A stretch of DNA of 39,681 bases from a virus. The position numbers and the translations under genes were made by a program. The stretch spans positions 1 to 39,681 of the IMG/VR virus record IMGVR_UViG_3300045988_096728. One strand, given 5' to 3'. The notes beneath the pieces were generated by a model. It was not told the DNA's origin. It did no database searches and was given only the letters and a program-made list of their open reading frames with translations. Shown here in pieces: positions 12,563 to 22,920 of the stretch. The stretch's first letter is position 1; every line of letters starts with the position of its first letter.

Positions 12563-15475
12563 TTATGTAATTGCTACCCATTTCACCGATGTATCTCCAT
12601 TGTCTGTTCTTGTAACATAGAGATCAAAACCTGTCGTAGTGATATTTGTTGCTGAACATCCCTTAAATACTGTTCCCGGAACAGTAGTCAACGGATCAAG
12701 TAATACAGCCGGTACCTTTGGCAGTGTTTCTTGGAACTTTACATGTGTTGCTGTCGGCTTATTGGCTACTGCTGCACAAACTGCCGTTCCTGTCGTTATA
12801 GTGTGACCATTGAAACTGCTCGCCTGTATGTCTCCTTCTTCTGTGACTACCATAGCATTTGAAGTTTTTCCCCGGGTCCCATTACCGACAATGAAAAGTG
12901 CAGTGTCCACCGCTTTATTGTATCTGCCTACAACAGTCTGTGAATCTCCACTTGCGTAATTTCCTGTACCTCCGGCATGAGAGTTTTCTCCACTTGCTGT
13001 ATTACCACAACCTTCTACATGGGAATTTTTACCTTCTGCAATATTAGAGTTTCCCTCTGCATGAGAGTTTTCTCCACTTGCTGTGTTATTGTTACCTTCC
13101 ACATGTGAATTTTTTCCGTTTGCTGTATTGATACTTCCCTCTGCGTGTGAATAGGAAGAATTAACAATATTCTGACTACCTTCCACATGCGAATCATAAC
13201 AACTATTTATAGTATTATTACTGCCTTCTGCATGAGATTCTTTTCCACTTACAGTATTGCTATAACCTTCTGCATGAGATTCTCTTCCACTTACAGTATT
13301 GCTGCAACCTTCTGCATAAGAACACAAACCGCTTGCAATATTATCAACACCTTCTGCGACTGAATATGCTCCAACACTACTGCCATCCAGTCTGGTACCG
13401 ATCGTATAAAATGGCGCATTGGTTTTGTTTCCATCAGAATCAACTACATCTTTGGCATACCCGATCTGGAAAACTAATTGATCATAATCATAAAAATGGA
13501 AACCATCTGAATTAATTTTGGAATATCGTCCATCTTCCTCGCCGATTCTGGTTTCTTTTCCAAAACTTGCAACAGAGATACCATTTTCATAAATCTGAAT
13601 ACTCTCATTGCTGATCTCCAATACCTTTTCAGATGCAGAATCTCCCAGTCTGAGAGAGCCATCATTGAATGTAATGTAATCCGTATGCTTGTCCGTATTT
13701 GCATCTTTTGTATTGAGTATCTTATCCAGATTTGATGTAACACCTGTTATATTCTTTATAATGTCCTCTATATTCTGCTTACCAAGTTTCATTTCATCTG
13801 CCGATATGGCAAGGTGAGTATTCCCCTGTGCATCTATATAAAACATAATAAAGTTCTCGGAATCACCTATGTTAAGCTGTCCATCGTTTCCAAGAAACAT
13901 TCCCATTGAAACATTATCAAGAGCTTCTTTTGTACCGGAATACAGACCACTATCGGTTATATGCCAGCCGCCAATAGTTGCTCCAAAGGCAACCAAATCT
14001 TCAACCGCTATCTTAGTTGCCGTAATAGACTTAGCTCTGATCACACCACCATCAAGGCTGTTGTAGTCTGTCTGCTCTTTCTCTACAGTTTTCCCATCTG
14101 TATTGAGCTTATAATACAGACCATCCTCACCTTTGATAACAAGCTTATCCGCTATGACTGTACCACCTTTGATACTGTCACCTAAGATCGTTACACCAAC
14201 CAGTGTGCCAGTGATCTGCTGATCTCCGACAACAACATTCTCGATCAATCCGGATTTTGCAAAAAACTGTTCCAGTGCCGCTTTTTCGATGTTTGAAAAG
14301 TCTATCTTTGCATATTTGATGTCTGCATCCGTCGCATTGAGCTTATCAGTCTTTAATTTTTTGATATCCCCCTCTGCCGCCTGCAGTTTCTTAATAGTCG
14401 CAAACTTTATATAAGCCTGTGTAACATCTAACTTATCCGCATATAATCGTCTGAATACCTGCTGAACATAGTTCTCAGTTGGGCTCACAAAAGTAGCTTC
14501 ACTAAGCTCTGTACTGCCATACGAACCTATATCTGTTGTAAGGCCACCATCAAAACTGAAATTAAGGCTCATAATCGGAACATCATATACTTTCCCAGCT
14601 TTATCTGATACCTGAACAATATCTCCAAGGTCAAGGCGCATATCTCCGGCAAAACTGCATGTCACCGGGTGATAGCTCATATCTTTCAATGCCGTATACA
14701 GACTATCAAGGATCTCCTGTGTCATCAGAAAGTTGCTTGTTGCTATTCCGGTCGTTCCATCTCCGGCTTTAAGTGTACTGTTCTCATCTACGGCACATGA
14801 AATATAGCCAACCTGAAACAGATTCTCCTGCACAACAACATCATCAAATGATCGATTGAGATCTATCAGATAATCTACCGGAGTGTACCATCTAAAATCC
14901 AGTACACCATCCCTATCAAATGTTGCAAATTTTCCTGCAAGCCCGGCTATAAATCCAGCTGCCTGCCGGTATGTATAACCGTCAAAGTTCTTTTGTATGC
15001 TGATTCCAGACGGAGCATTCTTCATAGTGATACCTGTCATGGAACTTATCTCTTTACACACGTCTGACACATCACACGGATATGTGAGTTTTGACAAATA
15101 ATATCCAGACATTCTATAAGCCATCCGGTCATAGGCTGTGAATGTGATCCGGTCATCATCTACAGACGGTTTCTGTGCCATGAAGTATCCCATTTTGGCA
15201 TACTCAATACTTTCATCATCAAGCATAAGCCCAAGCTCAAAAAGAAATTCTCTACCTGTAAGGCTGATATCCGGCTGGATCATTGTGATATCAAGCTGTG
15301 TGGAACTGGCGCACCCTATTTCTAAAGTGCTTGTTCCAGTTCCAGCTATACACTTCATATCACAACTGACAAATCCGGATTCGATCACAGTATCATCAAG
15401 CGTCATACGAGCTCTGAATGTTCTGCCATCTCCTGCCATTCTATTTTTTAAGTCTTCTGATACATTTATGTACAA
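12563..15475 (-). CDS. tail-associated / receptor-binding fibre protein (Tal-like N-terminus, coiled coil, Hep_Hag-like repeats)
   Basis: 970 aa downstream of the tape measure; N-terminus resembles the phage minor structural protein N-region; about ten 14-aa SHAEG.NNTASG.. repeats; C-terminal globular domain. Confidence 0.8.
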   Translation of the reverse strand: MYINVSEDLKNRMAGDGRTFRARMTLDDTVIESGFVSCDMKCIAGTGTSTLEIGCASSTQLDITMIQPDISLTGREFLFELGLMLDDESIEYAKMGYFMAQKPSVDDDRITFTAYDRMAYRMSGYYLSKLTYPCDVSDVCKEISSMTGITMKNAPSGISIQKNFDGYTYRQAAGFIAGLAGKFATFDRDGVLDFRWYTPVDYLIDLNRSFDDVVVQENLFQVGYISCAVDENSTLKAGDGTTGIATSNFLMTQEILDSLYTALKDMSYHPVTCSFAGDMRLDLGDIVQVSDKAGKVYDVPIMSLNFSFDGGLTTDIGSYGSTELSEATFVSPTENYVQQVFRRLYADKLDVTQAYIKFATIKKLQAAEGDIKKLKTDKLNATDADIKYAKIDFSNIEKAALEQFFAKSGLIENVVVGDQQITGTLVGVTILGDSIKGGTVIADKLVIKGEDGLYYKLNTDGKTVEKEQTDYNSLDGGVIRAKSITATKIAVEDLVAFGATIGGWHITDSGLYSGTKEALDNVSMGMFLGNDGQLNIGDSENFIMFYIDAQGNTHLAISADEMKLGKQNIEDIIKNITGVTSNLDKILNTKDANTDKHTDYITFNDGSLRLGDSASEKVLEISNESIQIYENGISVASFGKETRIGEEDGRYSKINSDGFHFYDYDQLVFQIGYAKDVVDSDGNKTNAPFYTIGTRLDGSSVGAYSVAEGVDNIASGLCSYAEGCSNTVSGRESHAEGYSNTVSGKESHAEGSNNTINSCYDSHVEGSQNIVNSSYSHAEGSINTANGKNSHVEGNNNTASGENSHAEGNSNIAEGKNSHVEGCGNTASGENSHAGGTGNYASGDSQTVVGRYNKAVDTALFIVGNGTRGKTSNAMVVTEEGDIQASSFNGHTITTGTAVCAAVANKPTATHVKFQETLPKVPAVLLDPLTTVPGTVFKGCSATNITTTGFDLYVTRTDNGDTSVKWVAIT
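12940..13370 (-). repeat. approx. 42-nt (14-aa) tandem repeat array inside the fibre gene
   Basis: e.g. 13224..13265 and 13266..13307 are near identical; encodes (K/E)(N/E)SHAEG(N/S)(N/S)NT(A/V)SG units. Confidence 0.85.
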
Positions 15476-15486
15476 TCTGTAACCTC

Positions 15487-15852
15487 CTACTTCTCGATCA
15501 GGTCAACTCCTACACCTGTATATCTGTATGATCCGTTTCGCACATCATACACAGGATAAGTCGGAGTGCCTGCATACATCTTTTTAGTTACATACTTCTT
15601 TGTTCGTGGATCCTTGAATTTGACATCAAAAAAAGAATCATAGATTGCACTTTCGATGAGTGCTATCTGTGATTCTGTGAGATAGTTCCACTTAATCTTC
15701 AACGTCATTTTTCTTGCCACTATGTCACCGAACATTTCTCCGTTTGAGGTTCGCCCGGTGTTCTTGCTCCAGATCTTCTCCGGAGCATAAGTGAGACCGC
15801 CATTGATCGCAGGATCTGGCATGTCTACTCCATTTATTACAAGCTCTGCCAC
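15487..15852 (-). CDS. small tail protein in the distal-tail (Dit) position
   Basis: 121 aa between the tape measure and the fibre; beta-rich; function inferred from position only. Confidence 0.45.
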   Translation of the reverse strand: MAELVINGVDMPDPAINGGLTYAPEKIWSKNTGRTSNGEMFGDIVARKMTLKIKWNYLTESQIALIESAIYDSFFDVKFKDPRTKKYVTKKMYAGTPTYPVYDVRNGSYRYTGVGVDLIEK

Positions 15853-15866
15853 AGTCTCACTCCTTT

Positions 15867-18800
15867 CTATACCAGTAGCGGATTCTTGCCTGTCTGTATG
15901 GTCCTGTCATTGATATCCTTTACAACAACATCTGTCACTTCTTTTCCACCAACATATACATTGATCACAGGAGATGATCCACCTGATCTGCCACTACTGC
16001 TGTTTGCAGCCGTAACTGCTCTGTATACACCAGCTTCGATACCTTCGACAATCTGTGCATTATTTGCTACCGCTGTCTTACCGTTGCTGAACTTACCAAC
16101 AAGCTCCCCGTGGTTCGCCATGAAGAGACCATCCTCCGGAAAACCACCAGTTGCATAAGCCGGTGTAAAACTATATACACCATTCATGGCTCCCTTGAGC
16201 GGATCTGGACCACTTCTTACTGCTAGTTTTATTGCGTTTTTTGACATTCCAGCATATATTTGTTTTGACACATTCTGTCCAATGCTTTGCAAGGTTGAAT
16301 CACTCTGTGTTGTCACATTATACAAAACAGTCTTTCCTGTAAAATAACTCTTCATTGAGTTGCTTGTAGATTCAACCGTTTTTGCCGATCCGCCAACGCC
16401 ATTAACTGCTGTATAGGTACCATATGTAACATTCTTGCCTGTCCAAGCTACTTTATTTTTTGTTGCTGCATTCTTTATTTTATCTTTTTTTGTTGTATTA
16501 ATCTTATATGATACTGTTTTGCCCTTCCATGATGCAGTATAGCTGTTTGCAACCTTTGCAAATGCTTTCGACGTCGGCATATTCCTGCCATTCGCCTGCG
16601 TTATGGCATCAAAATAAGCTTTCTTACCATTAAAACTGCTATTAAAAACATTTGATATCCGTTTGATCTGCTTTCCATTTGAATCCGCCACTCCGTTTGT
16701 TGTTGTCTTTACATCAACTACTGGACTCCGATCTGGTGTCGCATCTAAAAGGCTCTTTTTCATCCCCTTAAATTCTGGATCAGATACTCCATTGACTGTA
16801 GTTTCAACATTAAGTTTTACATTACTTTTGAATTCCTTTCCTATAAGAGTACCAGTGCTTGATCCATCACTAAGTTCGCCATCATCGTTCATATCAATAT
16901 GCTGACCGGTAAGTGCATTTCCAAGAGTCTCTACTATTCCGTCTGCCCAACTTTGCACTGAATCAAAATTGTTATACAATGTATTACCAATTTTAAATCC
17001 AAGTGATGCAACTCCAACACAAATTGCAGCTTGAGGATTTCCTGTTATCATTAACGTCCCTAAAGCTGTACTTAATGTTGAAATAACAGTATTGCCAAAA
17101 GTCGGCTCATTTATTGTAGAAATATTAACTCCTATTCCACTCACAAGAAGTGTAGCTCCCGCTAACTTCTTTGTCGCTGCGCCTAATATTCCACTTCCAA
17201 CAGTGTTGCCTGCAGCCGTTACCGCTGTTGTTGTAGCATTTGCAGCAACAGCATTCTTTACAACTTCAGCTAACATACCTGATAATTTGCTAATAAGTTG
17301 TGCTGTTCCAATGCTCAGAGTTAATGCTGTCAAAGCAACAGTAATTGCCTTTGAAACATTAACTTTGTCTTTTCCATCAAATAACCACGCAGCAAAGGAA
17401 TCTGACCACTCTTGTACTTTAGGAATATGATCATATAATGCATTTCCTATTTTAAATCCTACAATAGCCGTTATTACAGATAAACCAATCGTTGTTGAAA
17501 CAGAAACCGATTCCTTTCCAATACCAAGTGCGATCTGTTTATTAAGAAGTCCTTTAAGCACACCTGCCGCAATCTGTTTTCCACCATATTTCCAAAGAAA
17601 AGCTCCTATCAGTATTGATACCGTATCAAGATTTAATTCCGTCAGGAAATCCAGACCACCTTTCAGAATTGTACTCCATGATATACCAGTCAATGCACTT
17701 TTTATTGCTGTTTTTAGACCTCCTACCCAAGCATTCAGTGCTGATGCTGCCTTCTTCCAATCAAAATTCTTAAAAAAGTTATTGATCGCTGTAGCAATAG
17801 ATGTTCCAAAATTTGACCAGTCGAAAGTTGTTCCAAAGCTATCAAGAAAACTTAATGCAGTATTCAATGCGCCTGCGATCGTAGTTCCAAGATCTCCGAA
17901 AAGCGTTGGTGTAATAAGCCCATTCAAAAAAGTTGCAAGATTTGTTCCAAATGCGCCTGCCTTAGCATATACACTATTCCAATCGATTGATTCTAATGCA
18001 GAACATAACTTGTTACTGATAGCGGTACCAACAGCTCCCCAGTCACTATCCTTTATAGCATCTGCAAGACTACTTGATATATCAACCTTTGTAGTTTCCC
18101 AGTTGCCTGTATTTAACGATCCAGAGCCATCTCCAGATCCGGAACTTCCGCTGTTATCTTCAAGCTTTGTGATCTCATCAAATCCAAGAAGCACATTCTT
18201 AAGTGCCTGTGCACTCTTTGTAGACTTGTCGAGACTTGCCGAATAATCTTTCTGTGTATATACAGCTTTTTCAAATGTCGTCTGACCTGTAAGATATGCA
18301 AAGAACTCTGCCAGCTTATTGAATGCATCAGCTACTGTATTTACAATACTTGTAAGTATCGGTGTTATATAGCTGAGTAGAGGCTGAAATGCAGACAATA
18401 TACTACTTTTCAGGTATGTAAACGATGATGCCAGTAAGGACAGATCACTATTTACAACCCTTGACTGCTTTGCAAAACTCTGCAGGTTCTCGCCCATATC
18501 TCCAATCAACTGCATTAACAGCATAGAAAGTACCATGGACTTAACCATTCTTGTGGTCTGTGACATTCTTGATCCTAAATCTGATATTCTCGATCCAAAT
18601 TTTCGTGCGTGGGGCTCTCCATTTTGAAATCTATGAATAAGAGATGCCGTTGCATTACCGATATTTTTTACCGTTGATGCCAACCTGCCAAAGAATCCGG
18701 TAGAAGATTTTCGTGCAGTATTCTGTAATGCTTCTCCAAGCTGAGTAATCTTCTCTTTTGCACTCTGAACAGATTCCTTTGTATGCTGCATTTTCGCCTT

Positions 18801-19877
18801 TAAAATCTCTTGCTGTCCACCTAATGTTGCCGACTGTGAAGATGCAGTATTATATGCATTCTGCAATGATCTGAGTTTATTCTCCTGCTGTGTGATTACA
18901 GAGTTCAGCCTCTGCATACCCTGTGCACTTCCAAATGTTCTGCTCTTTGCACTTACATCTTCCATAGCAGTTTCAAGCCGTTCCAGCTTGCTCCAAGCGT
19001 CTTCACTTGATGTATCAAGCTCATCCATCTTTCTGATTATTGCATCCATAGACATAAATGATTTTCCAACATCTACAATCTCATATGGTGACTGTTCCAG
19101 TCGTTTTTTCGCAGCATCAAGTTCATTGAATGATATCTTATTCTCCTCAAGTGTAGTCCTGAGCCTTTTCATCTCTTCATTAATGCTGTCATTTATATTC
19201 ATCTCAGACATTATTGAAGACATAGCCTCATAATCTCTTTTCAGTACATCAAGACTTGCCTGCTGAGATTTTATCTCACTTTCTGTTTTCTGAAGCTTCT
19301 GTGAAGATAGATCATACTTCTGATTGATAACATCCAGCTTGATCTGCTGTTCATTTAATGTATTAAGCAACTTCTGAAGCTTTGCCTGTTCTGAATCAAG
19401 TGCTTTCTGTGTTGGATTCTGTGATGAATCTCCTGCACTACGAGATGATACACCAGATGCCTGTGCAGTACCGGTATTTCTTGCATTAAATGTCGGGCGT
19501 GCTTTTCCAACTTCCAGCATCTTATCTTTTACCTTCTGCCATCCAGCAACCATCTTTGTTGTCTCAGCCATGCTCTGTTTAGAAGTCTTCTGTGTATCTG
19601 CTGCAGTCTGCGAGATAACACGATTTGCGCTGCCTACTGTCTTTGTCAGATCAGACATTCTCTTATTGTACGCCTCACTTTGATTCACAAGTGAACGGAT
19701 ATCTTTTGACATGTCCTTGATCGGCTGCGTGATCTCATCCATAGCACTTGCTATATCTAAAGTCTGCGCTTCCGTACCTTTCAGGGATTCTGTGATCTCT
19801 GACAAAGCCCTTTTCAGGTTGTTCGTATCCGCTGTAAACTTGACTGAAATTTCTTCTATAGTCATATTCCGTCCCAC
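15867..19877 (-). CDS. tail tape measure protein
   Basis: 1336 aa; N-terminal coiled coil, central Gly/Ala-rich hydrophobic segments; follows the chaperone pair; start is GTG 19877 or ATG 19865. Confidence 0.9.
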   Translation of the reverse strand: MGRNMTIEEISVKFTADTNNLKRALSEITESLKGTEAQTLDIASAMDEITQPIKDMSKDIRSLVNQSEAYNKRMSDLTKTVGSANRVISQTAADTQKTSKQSMAETTKMVAGWQKVKDKMLEVGKARPTFNARNTGTAQASGVSSRSAGDSSQNPTQKALDSEQAKLQKLLNTLNEQQIKLDVINQKYDLSSQKLQKTESEIKSQQASLDVLKRDYEAMSSIMSEMNINDSINEEMKRLRTTLEENKISFNELDAAKKRLEQSPYEIVDVGKSFMSMDAIIRKMDELDTSSEDAWSKLERLETAMEDVSAKSRTFGSAQGMQRLNSVITQQENKLRSLQNAYNTASSQSATLGGQQEILKAKMQHTKESVQSAKEKITQLGEALQNTARKSSTGFFGRLASTVKNIGNATASLIHRFQNGEPHARKFGSRISDLGSRMSQTTRMVKSMVLSMLLMQLIGDMGENLQSFAKQSRVVNSDLSLLASSFTYLKSSILSAFQPLLSYITPILTSIVNTVADAFNKLAEFFAYLTGQTTFEKAVYTQKDYSASLDKSTKSAQALKNVLLGFDEITKLEDNSGSSGSGDGSGSLNTGNWETTKVDISSSLADAIKDSDWGAVGTAISNKLCSALESIDWNSVYAKAGAFGTNLATFLNGLITPTLFGDLGTTIAGALNTALSFLDSFGTTFDWSNFGTSIATAINNFFKNFDWKKAASALNAWVGGLKTAIKSALTGISWSTILKGGLDFLTELNLDTVSILIGAFLWKYGGKQIAAGVLKGLLNKQIALGIGKESVSVSTTIGLSVITAIVGFKIGNALYDHIPKVQEWSDSFAAWLFDGKDKVNVSKAITVALTALTLSIGTAQLISKLSGMLAEVVKNAVAANATTTAVTAAGNTVGSGILGAATKKLAGATLLVSGIGVNISTINEPTFGNTVISTLSTALGTLMITGNPQAAICVGVASLGFKIGNTLYNNFDSVQSWADGIVETLGNALTGQHIDMNDDGELSDGSSTGTLIGKEFKSNVKLNVETTVNGVSDPEFKGMKKSLLDATPDRSPVVDVKTTTNGVADSNGKQIKRISNVFNSSFNGKKAYFDAITQANGRNMPTSKAFAKVANSYTASWKGKTVSYKINTTKKDKIKNAATKNKVAWTGKNVTYGTYTAVNGVGGSAKTVESTSNSMKSYFTGKTVLYNVTTQSDSTLQSIGQNVSKQIYAGMSKNAIKLAVRSGPDPLKGAMNGVYSFTPAYATGGFPEDGLFMANHGELVGKFSNGKTAVANNAQIVEGIEAGVYRAVTAANSSSGRSGGSSPVINVYVGGKEVTDVVVKDINDRTIQTGKNPLLV

Positions 19878-19900
19878 CTCCTTCCTTTCTTATTTCTTTA

Positions 19901-20122
19901 TTATTTGTGGCTTCTAGCCGCATATCTGTACATAAGCACCTTATACTTTTCAAGCTCTGCCTGTTTCTTTTCTTCCTCATTCCAGTATGGAAATACATCT
20001 GATACATTGATATCTCCGTCATTCTTCCATACCCACATGGATATGAGCTCGGCCTGCCGGAAAGCAATGTTTGCCTCATGTTGGTGCATCCTGCGTTCAC
20101 GCTCATTGTAGACCTTTATCAT
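19901..20122 (-). CDS. tail assembly chaperone, T-like ORF
   Basis: Lies between the G-like ORF and the tape measure; no SD at ATG 20122; its frame stays open across the upstream stop (+1 frame). Confidence 0.5.
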   Translation of the reverse strand: MIKVYNERERRMHQHEANIAFRQAELISMWVWKNDGDINVSDVFPYWNEEEKKQAELEKYKVLMYRYAARSHK

Positions 20123-20207
20123 ATCTACAAGCTCGCCCCAGGTATAATCTAGAGCTTCAAAGAAACCGACACCTGTGATCCTTGCTTCAAACAGAAGTTT
20201 ATCAACA

Positions 20208-20678
20208 TCATAAGGGAGTATTCTCTGCCTCTGTCTTCACTTCATCTCCTGCTGCCGGGATCACTCCATTCTCTTCCTGAATCCTTTTTACATTCTCTTC
20301 CAGATTGTCGAACATAGTCTTATAGGTTGCATTGATACTGTTCATGACACTGTTTGCCTGATCCTTTTTGATGATGCCGGAATTAACAGCAATATCTGTA
20401 AGAACCTTTGCAAAGTCCTCCGCTCCGTTTCTACCGTTCTCGACAAGCAGATCATAGAACTGCTCTCCATCCGTGATCTCATTGTCATTGTCCTTGTAAT
20501 TCAATGCTGCATCTAAGATATCAACTGCTCTGTCGATATCATCCACTGCACTCATAAGCGTTGCCAGCATGTTCTCATCGTACTTCTCTTTAAGTTTTTT
20601 CTGACCACCTGCTGTAAGTCTCAAATGAAATTTCTTGTCTACTCCATCCACCTTGAGTTTGATCTCTAATGTCTTCAT
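20208..20678 (-). CDS. tail assembly chaperone, G-like
   Basis: 156-aa acidic protein directly after the major tail gene; assignment is positional. Confidence 0.6.
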   Translation of the reverse strand: MKTLEIKLKVDGVDKKFHLRLTAGGQKKLKEKYDENMLATLMSAVDDIDRAVDILDAALNYKDNDNEITDGEQFYDLLVENGRNGAEDFAKVLTDIAVNSGIIKKDQANSVMNSINATYKTMFDNLEENVKRIQEENGVIPAAGDEVKTEAENTPL

Positions 20679-20692
20679 TGTTTACCTCCTGA

Positions 20693-20719
20693 AAAAAGCA
20701 GGGAGAAAAACTCCCTGCC
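20693..20719 (-). terminator. rho-independent terminator after the major tail gene
   Basis: Minus strand: gcagggag-ttttt-ctccctgc tttttt. Confidence 0.7.
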
Positions 20720-20747
20720 TGTAATACTTTATTCTTTCAACTGCATT

Positions 20748-21167
20748 TTAGGCTGCCGGGTTTGTCGTTTCCCATTCGCCCTGAAGGTTTACGATTGCTT
20801 TTGCCTTTACAAGCTGATTTACCTCGGCACCTGTAACTGTAGTTGTTACATATCCCTTGTTCTTGAAAACAGTTTTATCCGGGAATGTAACCTCGACATC
20901 AACGATTGCTCCAGCTTTTTCAAGGGCTTTCAGCACACGGTAATCTGAGGTGGTTGCTGTATTGTCGTAGAGATATTCAACCTCCCAGCTATCATTCTCC
21001 TGAACACCCGGTACACTCTTCTTTGACTTGTCCTTGAAACATGTAGCTTCCAGTGCTGACGGTGCACCTCCGATATCTCCGATCTTTGTTGCAAAATTGA
21101 GGGCTGTTGTTCCAATCTTGATATCAAGACCGATAGAAGCAAGCCCCTGTTTTGGTGTATCTGCCAT
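20748..21167 (-). CDS. major tail protein
   Basis: 139 aa, beta-rich, upstream of the chaperones; followed by an attenuating terminator as is common for major tail genes. Confidence 0.7.
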   Translation of the reverse strand: MADTPKQGLASIGLDIKIGTTALNFATKIGDIGGAPSALEATCFKDKSKKSVPGVQENDSWEVEYLYDNTATTSDYRVLKALEKAGAIVDVEVTFPDKTVFKNKGYVTTTVTGAEVNQLVKAKAIVNLQGEWETTNPAA

Positions 21168-21189
21168 ATTTTTATACCATCCTTTCTAC

Positions 21190-21561
21190 TTATGAACTTA
21201 TAAGTCTGTTTGTTCTTGTATCTACTTTACTGCTATATCTGAGAGTCTTTTTATAGTATCCACTGGCATCTATGATATCTGAATCCGGGCTTTCATAATC
21301 CCTGTTGAATCCAAGATCTATCATTTTTTCATCGACCAAAAGTGTTATATCTATACATTCGTCAAAGTTATCCGTCCATACATCTATCTGGAAACTTAAA
21401 TTATCAATAACACTGTGCATACCGGAACCGGTATTGCCGATCTGAAAGAATGTGATAAGTGGAACTCCATTAATGGACTTCGGATAGTTCATTTTGACAG
21501 TTAGTCCGTCATACTCTATGCTTTCAAGCAGCTCTCTGATCTGTATTCTTGCATCTATCAT
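21190..21561 (-). CDS. tail completion/terminator-like protein
   Basis: 123 aa between the gp10-like and major tail genes; assignment is positional. Confidence 0.5.
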   Translation of the reverse strand: MIDARIQIRELLESIEYDGLTVKMNYPKSINGVPLITFFQIGNTGSGMHSVIDNLSFQIDVWTDNFDECIDITLLVDEKMIDLGFNRDYESPDSDIIDASGYYKKTLRYSSKVDTRTNRLISS

Positions 21562-22085
21562 CTGTTAATCTTACTCTCCATTCTTACTGCTGTTTTCAGC
21601 GTTTCAACGATATGATCCTCATTATTCTTCATAGCTGGATAAAGGAATGGCTGTGGTGCCTGTCCTCTTGTGAGATATCCAATGACCTCACCATCTTCTT
21701 TTATAGGGATAAAGCGATACTTCTCAGCCGTACTTTTATCTATCTTTCCAACCGGTATCATCCATGGTGTCTGCCGGTATGCAAGATCAATTCCATCAAT
21801 CTTAAGCCCAGCAGCCTGTCCGACAGGACCGGTACCAAATTCCACATATGCTGCATAATTTGCATTGTTATAAACTTCTCCAGCTATCTTACCATCAGCT
21901 TCTGTGGTTCGAATTTGTATCTTTTCTCTAAGATAACCACCATCAACAGGGGCAAGTGCCTTGGCTTCTCCGGCTATGCGGTTTGCTTCCTGCTCTACAA
22001 TCTGCTTCACATTGCCATCAATGCCGTTTACAAATGCATCAAAATCATTTATCAGCTTATCCAGACCTTTGGTATCCATGTGCAT
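21558..22085 (-). CDS. HK97 gp10-family head-tail joining protein
   Basis: ..LAPVDGGYLREKI..NYAAYVEFGTGP.. is the gp10-family motif. Confidence 0.8.
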   Translation of the reverse strand: MHMDTKGLDKLINDFDAFVNGIDGNVKQIVEQEANRIAGEAKALAPVDGGYLREKIQIRTTEADGKIAGEVYNNANYAAYVEFGTGPVGQAAGLKIDGIDLAYRQTPWMIPVGKIDKSTAEKYRFIPIKEDGEVIGYLTRGQAPQPFLYPAMKNNEDHIVETLKTAVRMESKINR

Positions 22086-22087
22086 AT

Positions 22088-22423
22088 CTACTTCACCCTT
22101 TCTATGATCACAAGGCGGTAAGAAGGATAAGGTTTGATAGATTCCACATTGTACATGTTGTCGCCCACTTTTACCCTATCCTTTTCTTTCAGACTGATAT
22201 TATCATCAAACACACAGCCCTGAAGCATCTCATTGACACGCTCGCCGTACTCGGCTACCTCTACCTCTGATGAAATAGGGCTCCAAAGAATCCCTTCAAG
22301 AATTTCAGACGGCTCTGTCTCATATTTATATGTTTCATTGCCATATCTACCTTCTTGAACGGAATATCTGTATATACCGCTATTCTGCCGCTTCTGTGCT
22401 ATCTTTCTTCTTATGCTTGACAT
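22088..22423 (-). CDS. head closure protein (SPP1 gp16-like)
   Basis: Position and size; likely start is ATG 22423 (MSSIRRK); ORF is open to 22516. Confidence 0.55.
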   Translation of the reverse strand: MSSIRRKIAQKRQNSGIYRYSVQEGRYGNETYKYETEPSEILEGILWSPISSEVEVAEYGERVNEMLQGCVFDDNISLKEKDRVKVGDNMYNVESIKPYPSYRLVIIERVK

Positions 22424-22742
22424 ATACCCTTCTGTACCTTTTGAGACTATTAAGCACACCATCAATCTGTACATCGAAGCTGTCACTTGTGAGGTATGTA
22501 GTATTCTCTGATACAACGCCCTCGGAATAGCTCTCAGACTTCACATGCTTGTCTGTCTCATCCTTTTCATATAATATAGCTGCGATCTCAACAGCCTTTG
22601 AAGTAAAAGCATCATTAAACTGCTCAACATTCAAGAACAGATTAATGATGTCCTTTGCCTCTTCCAGATAGTCATTCAATGTATCCGTATCTATCTGCTT
22701 TTCAGATCCTATCTTTCTTCCAAGTCTCGCCAGTGCATCCAT
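22380..22742 (-). CDS. head-tail connector (gp6-like DNA-packaging/connector protein)
   Basis: 120 aa, helical, directly after the capsid region; assignment is positional. Confidence 0.55.
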   Translation of the reverse strand: MDALARLGRKIGSEKQIDTDTLNDYLEEAKDIINLFLNVEQFNDAFTSKAVEIAAILYEKDETDKHVKSESYSEGVVSENTTYLTSDSFDVQIDGVLNSLKRYRRVYVKHKKKDSTEAAE

Positions 22743-22753
22743 TATGTCACCTC

Positions 22754-22909
22754 TCAGTCGGCTGTCTTTGCAGCCGGTTTGGTTCTTTTCTGGGTCTTTG
22801 GCTCATCCTCGATCACATATGTTTTGCTGTCTTTCTTACAGTGGTCAATGACACGTTCATTTCTACAAATAAAGCTGTGTCCTGTATCAAGGTTCTTTAT
22901 TACGGCCAT
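22754..22909 (-). CDS. small protein (51 aa) between capsid and connector genes
   Basis: Not in the ORF track. MAVIKNLDTGHSFICRNERVIDHC..; GGAGGG 6 nt upstream of ATG 22909. Confidence 0.5.
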   Translation of the reverse strand: MAVIKNLDTGHSFICRNERVIDHCKKDSKTYVIEDEPKTQKRTKPAAKTAD

Positions 22910-22920
22910 ATCATACCCTC

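Noticed and set aside
19735-20106. 123-aa minus-strand ORF overlapping the T-like chaperone ORF and the tape-measure start
   Set aside because: It is an alternative frame with an implausible composition. The chaperone and tape-measure frames explain the region.
20208-20260. Canonical -1 slippery heptamer for G/T chaperone frameshifting
   Set aside because: The -1 frame hits a stop about 24 codons after the G stop region, and no XXXYYYZ motif is present. Only the +1 frame connects to the T-like ORF.
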